Source: a virus. From it: a stretch of 64,000 nt of DNA. The stretch's first letter is position 1. Each line of letters opens with the position of its first letter. Of this stretch, positions 39,117 through 46,578 are shown piece after piece. The stretch lies in IMG/VR virus record IMGVR_UViG_3300028610_001314, one strand, 5' to 3'. A program made the position numbers and the translations under genes. Below the pieces are notes generated by a model. That model was not told the origin of the DNA, searched no databases, and saw only the letters and a program-made list of their open reading frames with translations.

Positions 39117-39291
39117 TAATATATCCCTGCAAAGCCCTTCTGGGAATGTCTTCCATTAAGTGTTTTAACCATTTACTTGTTTTAAATATCCTGTCAAAGT
39201 TATCGTTGTAATCCTTGCTGTTTGACTTCTGGTTTTTGCAAAAAAGATTCTGTGTCATTTAGTCCTCCATCGGTATCCATTGCTCTCCTGT

Positions 39292-39579
39292 TTAATTCTG
39301 AGACATCTTAATAATATCAGCCGGTGAAGCACCAGGACGGACCATTAAAATTTTAGATTGATTCTTAGCCTCCTGCTCTCTAATAAAAGCAGAAACACGA
39401 AGTAACGCATTACATAAAAAAGTTATAGCCGTACCATGATCCATCGGGAAGTGCCGTACATCAACATCAAAATCATCATACATATCAATTTCCATCGTTC
39501 CTATAAGCTTATGCTCTCCCTGGGCCTGTTTTTCTTCACGCCTGTTTTCTTTTGATTTTTTCTCACTCATTTTGTTCAC
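39292..39579 (-). CDS. Hypothetical protein
   Basis: 95 aa, operon context. Confidence 0.55.
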   Translation of the reverse strand: MNKMSEKKSKENRREEKQAQGEHKLIGTMEIDMYDDFDVDVRHFPMDHGTAITFLCNALLRVSAFIREQEAKNQSKILMVRPGASPADIIKMSQN

Positions 39580-39812
39580 CCTTTGTCCACTACATTAAGT
39601 ATAAGTTTTGTTATATCTATATTTCCATTTTGTCCATTAAACGGGAGAGGGAAATCAGGATTCCTGGACTCAATTTCTACAAAATGTTCGACTTCCTTTC
39701 TGGAGTTGGCAAAAACCACAACCTCTCCTTTAATGTTAATATCAAAAGCTATCCCAAACATTTTATATCCTGGCTTCACCTCTACTATGTGTGATCCGTC
39801 AAATTTAATCAT
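39576..39812 (-). CDS. Hypothetical protein
   Basis: 78 aa, ATGA-coupled to terL. Confidence 0.5.
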   Translation of the reverse strand: MIKFDGSHIVEVKPGYKMFGIAFDINIKGEVVVFANSRKEVEHFVEIESRNPDFPLPFNGQNGNIDITKLILNVVDKG

Positions 39813-41263
39813 CCATACCTCCCAGTATAATTCTGCTCTGCCTGAATCTGAGCAACAATCTGCTCATACTCTTTTTGAGCTGCCATAGATGCAGGATCTA
39901 AATCAGACTTTTTCTTTTCATGAACCTCTGGTAACTTCATTGGTCGGGCCATAACTATGTGACATGATTCATCATATGTATGGTCAGCTTGTAAATCAGC
40001 CAAATCCTCGACATTATCATCATCCATACACAGCGATGGAATCGTGCTTATAAAATGCTTGCAGGTATCGTAAACCTGAAGCATCGGTCTTGTTTTACCG
40101 TCCTTTGGTATTGCCAATCGCTCCCTGAACTGCCTTATTTTAAGCTTTCTGTCTGGATCTCCTGGCCGAAGGGTAAGCCCAAGACCATTAAACACCTCTG
40201 CCGTACTCGGACCTTGACCACCGCCCTTATAGTCTGGTTTTTTTTGAAAGCAATCACGGCCCGCTAACCTGATAATCGGCTTGCCTGTAATTCCAAGCTT
40301 CAACTCTCTCTGAATAACACCCTTGGCAACATCTGAATCTTGTATTCTTAACCCATCATTCGCAACCTCGTCCCATCCATACCATTCTGCAAAACGATAT
40401 ATCCTGCCATCTCCATCTACCCACCACCAGCCAATAGAAAACGGTGCGCCAAAACCCCAATCGTATGTCATATACAAAGGAGCTGCATCTGGAATAGGCA
40501 GTGGTGTGATAATATGATGATCTTCAGATAAAAGAAACGCCTGCCCGATATAAACGTCCCAATTACCATCAAGCCATGCCTTCCGAAGCATAGGGTCACG
40601 AATTGACATCAATCTTCGAACATACTTAGGATCATTCTCGCATAGAATTTTATTATCTTTAAGGAATGATGGAATAAAAACCCGCGATTCCCCAATATCA
40701 TTATACATTACTGTCCCGGGTTTCATGTTGAATTCAGAACCAAGCTTAAAAGATAGCTTTACGTCATTGTGTCCCGGTCCTCCGGGATTACCAGTACCAA
40801 ACATCCTGCAGGGAACTCCATGGGGCGATCTGAGAGAACCTTGAAGCTTGTCAACCATCTTAATAAAGAAAGGAAATGTGGTACATTCATCAATGCTGAT
40901 TTCCGTATAATTCTCTCCAACATGGTCATTACACATCTCTAACAGTTTGATTGCAGACATGATAAATTTACCACCGTTTTTAAACCTAACGGTATTGACC
41001 TGCTGGTCCCCTCCAATTCTTTCGGCCGGGAGTCCACCCCTGATCAATTCATCAATCCTATTACGGATAGTGGAAAACTCCTTATATTTCCGGCGAACAA
41101 CTAAACCGTTCCATGCGTAATTGTATTTTTCAACTCCGCGGAGATGCCGGCCGATTAGACAATCAGTTTTTCCTCCACCGCGGGAACCTCCAAATAATGT
41201 AAAATCAGCCGGGCAGGTAGCCGCGTCTACTTGAGGGCCTGGTTGTGGGGTCCATATTGCCAT
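39809..41263 (-). CDS. terL: Terminase large subunit
   Basis: Walker A FGGSRGGGKT, Walker B ISIDE, GTGNPGGPGH, RNase H-like YDWGFG and DHTYDE. Confidence 0.95.
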   Translation of the reverse strand: MAIWTPQPGPQVDAATCPADFTLFGGSRGGGKTDCLIGRHLRGVEKYNYAWNGLVVRRKYKEFSTIRNRIDELIRGGLPAERIGGDQQVNTVRFKNGGKFIMSAIKLLEMCNDHVGENYTEISIDECTTFPFFIKMVDKLQGSLRSPHGVPCRMFGTGNPGGPGHNDVKLSFKLGSEFNMKPGTVMYNDIGESRVFIPSFLKDNKILCENDPKYVRRLMSIRDPMLRKAWLDGNWDVYIGQAFLLSEDHHIITPLPIPDAAPLYMTYDWGFGAPFSIGWWWVDGDGRIYRFAEWYGWDEVANDGLRIQDSDVAKGVIQRELKLGITGKPIIRLAGRDCFQKKPDYKGGGQGPSTAEVFNGLGLTLRPGDPDRKLKIRQFRERLAIPKDGKTRPMLQVYDTCKHFISTIPSLCMDDDNVEDLADLQADHTYDESCHIVMARPMKLPEVHEKKKSDLDPASMAAQKEYEQIVAQIQAEQNYTGRYG

Positions 41264-41625
41264 TATTTTACGTTTGTTCCTTCAACTCCACGCATTGTGC
41301 GATCCGCTGTCCGGCTCTGCAACCAGAGCAAGCCTTCTTGAATTTTTGTCAGCGCCAGTGCATTTTCCCTGCACTTGAACTCCCCAGCCTGAAAATGTTC
41401 GAGTCGGTCAATAACAATTGCAAGTAAATCTTCCTGGTGACATCCGTTCACACCGTTTTCTTTTATGGGGCCGTTCTGAAATCGAATATTCCCAAACCGT
41501 CCAGCGATTTCATCGGCAGAAGTAACGGCCGGTGAAAGATAATACTCATGACAAGCTCCACCTTCTCCCGGTTCATCAAATACTTGAATCTCTACATTTT
41601 CATTTGAATTTTTAACTGTCCTCAT
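41263..41625 (-). CDS. tad1: Tad1-family anti-defence sponge (Thoeris/CBASS signal sequestration)
   Basis: GEGGACHEY, IRFQNG, EDLLAIVIDRLEHFQAGEFKCRENALALTKIQEGLLWLQSRTADRTMRGVEGTNVK aligns along its length with Tad1 as recalled ([70 protein letters not shown]); start at MRTVK with AGGAG RBS. Confidence 0.85.
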   Translation of the reverse strand: MRTVKNSNENVEIQVFDEPGEGGACHEYYLSPAVTSADEIAGRFGNIRFQNGPIKENGVNGCHQEDLLAIVIDRLEHFQAGEFKCRENALALTKIQEGLLWLQSRTADRTMRGVEGTNVK

Positions 41626-41833
41626 TGTCTTTCTCCTTTTCCGGTTTATGGTTTTTATCCTTCTTACACTTCCCCTCACACCCCTTACAAGGTGCTTTCA
41701 TAAACTCCATTGATTCAAGAACTTCTATGTATTCCTTTTTAATCAGCAATAGGCACTTACCATATTCCGGGCATGGTGTTTGGAATAGACAGGCTTTGAA
41801 TATCGGGCAGTTTATTTCTTTGTCTTTTGGCAT
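41612..41833 (-). CDS. Small Cys-rich hypothetical protein
   Basis: CPIFKAC...CPEYGKC...CKGCEGKC; start uncertain. Confidence 0.45.
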   Translation of the reverse strand: MPKDKEINCPIFKACLFQTPCPEYGKCLLLIKKEYIEVLESMEFMKAPCKGCEGKCKKDKNHKPEKEKDNEDS

Positions 41834-41838
41834 TATAA

Positions 41839-42270
41839 TTAATAGCCTCTTTTCTGTCTCCAGTTCCAAAGTGTCATGTTTTTCATGCCTAATAATCGTG
41901 CGGCCTCTGTATTGTTCCCTCTGGACTTTTCAACCGCTTTATCGATCAAAGCATGTTTATAATTTTCAAGCGCCTCTTTTAAATTTATAGGCACTTCAAT
42001 ATTACACAAAGCTGAATTTTCATCTGTAATAATCTTAACCCGATCATCTTTGCTTTCTCTTGTCCTATCAATCATCTTGATAGCATCCACTATACGTTGC
42101 TGAATATTCAAATTAAGCACAGATATTGATTGGTTTATTATGATTGGAGCTTTGATGTCTTGCTCTATTTTTAAAGCATTAAGGGCATTGATTGAGGTTT
42201 TGGATGCTTGACCGCCTTGATTAGCGAGTATGTCTAAAAGTAGGTTTTTGGTGGTTTCGAGTTCTTTCAT
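41839..42270 (-). CDS. Protein with C-terminal Fis/NtrC-type HTH (HTH_8)
   Basis: LKEALENYKHALIDKAVEKSRGNNTEAARLLGMKNMTLW. Confidence 0.75.
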   Translation of the reverse strand: MKELETTKNLLLDILANQGGQASKTSINALNALKIEQDIKAPIIINQSISVLNLNIQQRIVDAIKMIDRTRESKDDRVKIITDENSALCNIEVPINLKEALENYKHALIDKAVEKSRGNNTEAARLLGMKNMTLWNWRQKRGY

Positions 42271-42503
42271 GCAACCCCGCAATAAGCATCAATTAAATCA
42301 AACAACTTCTCCATAGATTTTATATTCTTTCTCCAACCTAAAACCAACTTGCTCTTTTTGTCAAGCTTACGACCTAAATGCCATTCTCCACATTTAGGAC
42401 ATAAATAAGGCTTTCCCCAGACTGATCTGTGCTTATCTGTTCGTTTTAAAACTGAAGCTGCATGTTTTCTGCTTTTGTAGCCTATTTTACGGCAATTTCT
42501 CAT
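42267..42503 (-). CDS. Small Zn-finger protein
   Basis: CRKIGYKSRKHA...PYLCPKCGEWHLG pattern common in phages. Confidence 0.65.
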   Translation of the reverse strand: MRNCRKIGYKSRKHAASVLKRTDKHRSVWGKPYLCPKCGEWHLGRKLDKKSKLVLGWRKNIKSMEKLFDLIDAYCGVA

Positions 42504-42524
42504 TTAGACTCCTTGTTAAAAGTA

Positions 42525-42612
42525 GGGGAGCCACCCGCCGACAACGACCTGGCTAACCCTGGCGGGATTAGGAGGGTGCCGTGGCTGGAACACGGCGAAA
42601 CGGGCGCTCCCC
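42525..42612. ncRNA. Candidate three-way-junction structured RNA
   Basis: GGGGAGC/GCTCCCC closing stem, GCCGTG/CACGGC and CCCGCC/GGCGGG arms, fills the intergenic gap. Confidence 0.45.
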
Positions 42613-42616
42613 GTTA

Positions 42617-42763
42617 TTATATTCTCACAAATCCAAGAAAATTACGAGTTTCTAACCCTGCTGGAATCTTCTGGGCAGGAGGCCATGCCCCTTGGCATTT
42701 GTCGCAAACATTCCACCCATTACGAACCGGTCTCAATTTTTCTTTGCATCTTGGGCATTTCAT
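42617..42763 (-). CDS. Zinc-ribbon microprotein (48 aa, not in track)
   Basis: MKCPRCKEKL..VRNGWNVCDKCQGAW; ATGA-coupled. Confidence 0.55.
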   Translation of the reverse strand: MKCPRCKEKLRPVRNGWNVCDKCQGAWPPAQKIPAGLETRNFLGFVRI

Positions 42764-42939
42764 CCGAAATAACCCCGCGGATAGTTCTTAATCCCATTGA
42801 AAAAACCCTTAAAAGCTCTCTTGGCATGAGACCTTTTCTCATAAGCGCCTTCACCCCTGGCCAGAACCTTTTTTCTCAATAACCACTTCCACCGCCATCT
42901 TTCACTTTTTGGTAGCTGATAATATTCTACTGTGTGCAT
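42760..42939 (-). CDS. DUF1508/YegP-like small protein (59 aa, not in track)
   Basis: EYYQ...RWRWKW...VLARGEGAYEKRSHAKRAF; AGGAG RBS. Confidence 0.5.
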   Translation of the reverse strand: MHTVEYYQLPKSERWRWKWLLRKKVLARGEGAYEKRSHAKRAFKGFFNGIKNYPRGYFG

Positions 42940-43312
42940 GATTTACTCCTTTCATTATAAATATAGTAAATGTTTCCGGATCGTCTGCAAGACCGCATCC
43001 ATTTGGATGTGGATCATGTACAATTTCACCATCAAACCAAACTACAGAGTGTAGAAAATCTTTATTTCTTGGACTTGTACCGTTGGCTATAACGTAGCAA
43101 GAGTTTATTAATGAGGGATCTTCCATGGTAATGTCCAATAAGATAAAATCCTGTGATTTGCACCATTCTGCCACGTTTTTGTCAAAATCTCTCGGAGACT
43201 CTGTATGAAAATTCGGAATATTCTTCAAGGGAACCTCTAAAATAGAGGCAATACATGCACTAAAGCAATTTCCAGATTTAAACGTGATATCATCCTGCAC
43301 TATTTCTCTCAT
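42902..43312 (-). CDS. Conserved phage hypothetical protein (possible Cys/His protease-like fold)
   Basis: GNCFSACIASILE...HSVV...IVHDPHP. Confidence 0.6.
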   Translation of the reverse strand: MREIVQDDITFKSGNCFSACIASILEVPLKNIPNFHTESPRDFDKNVAEWCKSQDFILLDITMEDPSLINSCYVIANGTSPRNKDFLHSVVWFDGEIVHDPHPNGCGLADDPETFTIFIMKGVNHAHSRILSATKK

Positions 43313-43333
43313 AATTCCCCCAATTTTAAGCAT

Positions 43334-43362
43334 GGGGCGCTTTGGTTATGAGGGTGCGCCCC
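43334..43362 (-). other. Intergenic hairpin GGGGCGC-ACCCTCATAACCAAA-GCGCCCC
   Basis: 7-bp GC stem between vWA gene and next ORF. Confidence 0.55.
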
Positions 43363-43410
43363 GAACCCACTTCAAAAAGGAACACTGTAAAGGCTCCTTT
43401 TATCTCAAGT

Positions 43411-44028
43411 TTAATGTGGAAGTTGAGAATTTTCCCTTCGCCCAGCAACCCCAGAGCTGTAAGAAGCACAGGCTGCTGTAATTCCAGCGCCAGTAGCGGC
43501 AAAAGCTTGTGCATCGGCGGCCTTAATCCCGATTGAATGGGCTTCAGCAAAAGCATCCTGATTGGCCGCTAAAAACATGAAATCCCACGACTTTTTTTTG
43601 TCCAGCTTTTCAATCATTGTTTTGATTTGAGATTTTGAAAACTCCCGACTGGCATTTTCATGACCATCTGTGAGGATGGTGAAAATAACTTTTAATGGCC
43701 TCTTTCCTTTGTCCATATCCGCAATCCGCTTCTGAACATCATTCAAGGTCTTTCCAACCGCATCCAAAAGCGCCGTAGTTCCCCTCGGAACATAAGTCTT
43801 GTCCGTAAAGGGTTTAACCTTTTTCAGTGCCAGATTTTCGCAAATGACCTCATACTCATGGTCGAACTGCACAAGGGTCAAAGTTGCTTTCCCAGGAAGC
43901 TTCTGTTGCTCTTTGAGAAAGGTGTTGAAACCTCCGATAGCATCATCAACAATAGATCCCATAGATCCTGACCTGTCAATAACGCATACGATTTCGCAAT
44001 AACCAGTTTTTTTAGCCTTTTTAACCAT
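43411..44028 (-). CDS. von Willebrand factor A domain protein
   Basis: MIDAS DRSGSM, PRGTTALLDAVG, ILTDGHENAS. Confidence 0.9.
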   Translation of the reverse strand: MVKKAKKTGYCEIVCVIDRSGSMGSIVDDAIGGFNTFLKEQQKLPGKATLTLVQFDHEYEVICENLALKKVKPFTDKTYVPRGTTALLDAVGKTLNDVQKRIADMDKGKRPLKVIFTILTDGHENASREFSKSQIKTMIEKLDKKKSWDFMFLAANQDAFAEAHSIGIKAADAQAFAATGAGITAACASYSSGVAGRRENSQLPH

Positions 44029-44059
44029 TGGTTTATATCTCCTTTTATCTTAAGTTAAA

Positions 44060-44338
44060 TTATTCTTCCTCCCATAAACAATCAGTCAAAGGATCTAATC
44101 GACCATCATAATTCCTACACCACTTTGGACGATCATTATAAATCTTGCAACCAAACGCGCTCAATTGAGGACACGCTTCTTCTATTACAATCGCCAGCAT
44201 GCCAACAAGATTAACACAGGTCAAACCTCGGGCACGATAAAAATCCATCGCATGAGCGTCTATGAATCTATAATTGGTCATGATTGCAACTTTCTTACAG
44301 CATCTCATGCAGGATAGGCATAGATCAGATTTAGACAT
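44060..44338 (-). CDS. YkgJ-family cysteine-cluster protein
   Basis: CLSCMRCC...CPQL...GCKIYNDRP.WCR.Y; start at MSKSD with GAGGA RBS. Confidence 0.75.
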   Translation of the reverse strand: MSKSDLCLSCMRCCKKVAIMTNYRFIDAHAMDFYRARGLTCVNLVGMLAIVIEEACPQLSAFGCKIYNDRPKWCRNYDGRLDPLTDCLWEEE

Positions 44339-44540
44339 CACTTTCCTCATGCCGGGTGTTCCATGCTTTAATTGCTTTTTGCTTGGTTTTGCCAGATTGC
44401 ATTGCTCCACACTTTCCAACAACATGAAATCCTGTGCGACAATGTATTTCCCACCATTCCTCATTTTCCTTGGCACCATAAAATATAATTGGTTTTAGCG
44501 GCATTTCTCCACAAAACGGACATGGCAATAATTTCATCAT
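44331..44540 (-). CDS. Lar-like restriction-alleviation zinc-ribbon protein
   Basis: LLPCPFCG...IHC...CG......AIKAWNTR. Confidence 0.7.
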   Translation of the reverse strand: MMKLLPCPFCGEMPLKPIIFYGAKENEEWWEIHCRTGFHVVGKCGAMQSGKTKQKAIKAWNTRHEESDV

Positions 44541-44698
44541 TTCCCCCAATTCCACCCGGCATTCTTAGCCCAGAATAACCGGCCGGCAAAGAATTCTCGC
44601 TTGAAACACTTTAGATGTAAGCCTGTACTAGACTTTTTGTTCTTTTGGAATATTCTCTGCCAAAACCAGATGCGCCTTTTGCAGATAAAGCAGTTCAT
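44537..44698 (-). CDS. Cys/His microprotein (53 aa, not in track)
   Basis: MNCFICKRRIWFWQ...LHLKC; overlapping stop/start with neighbours. Confidence 0.5.
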   Translation of the reverse strand: MNCFICKRRIWFWQRIFQKNKKSSTGLHLKCFKREFFAGRLFWAKNAGWNWGK

Positions 44699-44854
44699 TT
44701 ATTTTCTCACCAACCTATTCCAAGCCAAAATTACCCCGACAAATTCAGGATGCTTCGCTACCAACAAACAACATCGGATAGTCCAAATCAAAGGCATTTC
44801 ATCCTCTTTTCTTGGCTCTGGTTTATTACCGCAATCGGAACAGGGTTCTATCAT
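44699..44854 (-). CDS. Second Lar-like microprotein (51 aa, not in track)
   Basis: PCSDCGNKP...IRCC...ILAWN. Confidence 0.5.
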   Translation of the reverse strand: MIEPCSDCGNKPEPRKEDEMPLIWTIRCCLLVAKHPEFVGVILAWNRLVRK

Positions 44855-44903
44855 TTTGGAAACTCCCTTGCTTTATCAATTCAAAAGGGGTTAGGGTTGG
44901 TGG

Positions 44904-45065
44904 TTATCTATCTTCCCAGTCTTGTGCGCTAACTACACTTAATTCATCCCTGTTCGTGCCACAATGAATACAACTTTTCCTGCCGACTTCATTTACAGCT
45001 CGGAAACATGGTTCCACTTTTAATTCTCGACAGCATGTATGGCATAAATAAACTATATCACCCAT
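44904..45065 (-). CDS. Zn-finger microprotein (53 aa, not in track)
   Basis: LCHTC...SCIHCG; coupled to upstream stop. Confidence 0.5.
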   Translation of the reverse strand: MGDIVYLCHTCCRELKVEPCFRAVNEVGRKSCIHCGTNRDELSVVSAQDWEDR

Positions 45066-45472
45066 CACACACACCCCTTTCTTATCAATTCAATTCGCTC
45101 GTTAAGCGTTCTGGTAATCTCGCCCCCTATTTTGCGGAGTTGTTGCTCGGCGTGTTGTAGATTAAACTTCATTTCAATAAGCGGGACGCGGTTTTGTTGC
45201 CTTATAATTGCGGCCCTAAAGCCTTGGTTCGGTTGCTTGATATAAGGATTAAAGTTCTTGTGGGTATCTTGGCACTCAAAATGCCACGCCACAGCATCCC
45301 GCAACTCGGCAAGCTCTCTATCGGTACGTTCAAGCGCATCCCGCAAAACCAAGCTTTCCTGCATTAATATTTCTTTGTCTTTCTCGGCTTTTTTAAGTAC
45401 CAACCACCTGTCCTCAAGCTCGGTCTTCAGGCGTATGATTTCGGCCTGTAGGTTCATTGATTCTGGTGTCAT
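45065..45472 (-). CDS. Coiled-coil hypothetical protein
   Basis: 135 aa, ATGA-coupled. Confidence 0.6.
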   Translation of the reverse strand: MTPESMNLQAEIIRLKTELEDRWLVLKKAEKDKEILMQESLVLRDALERTDRELAELRDAVAWHFECQDTHKNFNPYIKQPNQGFRAAIIRQQNRVPLIEMKFNLQHAEQQLRKIGGEITRTLNERIELIRKGCV

Positions 45473-45831
45473 TTTTTCACCTTCTTGCCTTCCTGTTGAT
45501 CCTTGGGAGCCAAAACACTATTCGCCAAAGGATTGACCCACGGCTTTTCTTTTGAAGGTTTTTCTGATTCGATCTTTTTGGCAGGAGAGGATTTAATCTT
45601 TTCCTCGGTTTTCTTCATTTCGTGCTGATCAGGTTGAGGTTCGGGTTTCTGTCTGAACTCTGCTTCTAACTCGTGAGAAACAACGACTCTTTTTCCCTGG
45701 CTCATATTTGCCTTATGTAAACTGACCAGATAATTACTTACAGATCTGTCAACAAGCTTTGCCTCTGCTCTAATAGATTCCCAAATCTCAGAAGATGGTA
45801 AATAAATAAGTTTTCGGATTCCCTGGGCCAT
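45469..45831 (-). CDS. Putative ribbon-helix-helix DNA-binding protein
   Basis: LIYLPSSEIWESIRAEAKLVDRSVSNYL; first gene after a sigma70-like promoter. Confidence 0.5.
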   Translation of the reverse strand: MAQGIRKLIYLPSSEIWESIRAEAKLVDRSVSNYLVSLHKANMSQGKRVVVSHELEAEFRQKPEPQPDQHEMKKTEEKIKSSPAKKIESEKPSKEKPWVNPLANSVLAPKDQQEGKKVKK

Positions 45832-45869
45832 TATTCCTCCCGAATAGAATATATACTTTGTTAATACTT

Positions 45870-45897
45870 AGTATATACCCCATTCAGAAGATGTCAA
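45870..45897 (-). promoter_or_regulatory. Sigma70-like promoter
   Basis: TTGACA-N16-TATACT upstream of 45831. Confidence 0.6.
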
Positions 45898-46089
45898 GAA
45901 CTATTTGTCCTTAACTAAATCCCGGGCCATTAAATTAGCCTTATGCAAATCAGTCAAATAACGACCTGCAGAAACACGCTTCCCGGTTAAAGACGACAAC
46001 CGAAACGACTCCTTCATAACAGAATCCCAATCATCAGGATCAACGTAAATGTTTACCCTTTTTCCTTTTAACATGGTGTTTTCCCTTGG

Positions 46090-46578
46090 TTAAAATAGTT
46101 CTAGTTGCTTGGATTTATTTTCAAGCCGGGTTCTCATATCCCAAAATCTAAACATATATCCCCGATACATTTTTTCTTTTTGGTGCTTATTTATTTTCTT
46201 GCCGTTAAGCCGCGGAGGTCTTTTCTTTTCTAAACACTTAAAAATGCCATTCCTTTTTTTAAAAATCTCCATATGCCCTGCATATTCAGGAACTTCGCTG
46301 GTCTTAATTAACCCCGAAGGTGTTGCAAACCAAAAATAACGCTGGAAGCATCTCTGATCTTTCTTGAAAAAATGGTGCTTTAGTTTATTAAAATCTGCCT
46401 TGAAGTCTGCCCTGCTTACTTTAATTTCGTATTCAGAAATATAACCGGCTTTTGTAACAGATATTAAATCGGCTTCTGACCATGCCCCTCCGGACAAATA
46501 TATGTTTGGTATAATAAACTCATGGCCCTTGGCTAAAAGATGGTTATAAAGAGCGTTTTGGATTGTAAATTCATTCAT
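46090..46578 (-). CDS. PD-(D/E)XK nuclease, MmcB-like
   Basis: EADLISVT...EYEIKVSRADFKADF.K. Confidence 0.75.
   Translation of the reverse strand: MNEFTIQNALYNHLLAKGHEFIIPNIYLSGGAWSEADLISVTKAGYISEYEIKVSRADFKADFNKLKHHFFKKDQRCFQRYFWFATPSGLIKTSEVPEYAGHMEIFKKRNGIFKCLEKKRPPRLNGKKINKHQKEKMYRGYMFRFWDMRTRLENKSKQLELF

Noticed and set aside
42525-42612. tRNA, HDV-like or hammerhead ribozyme
   Set aside because: Has a 7-bp closing stem and GCGAAA/GCTAA words, but arm order does not fit a cloverleaf, there is no CCA, no CTGANGA core, and P1/P2 topology does not fit HDV.
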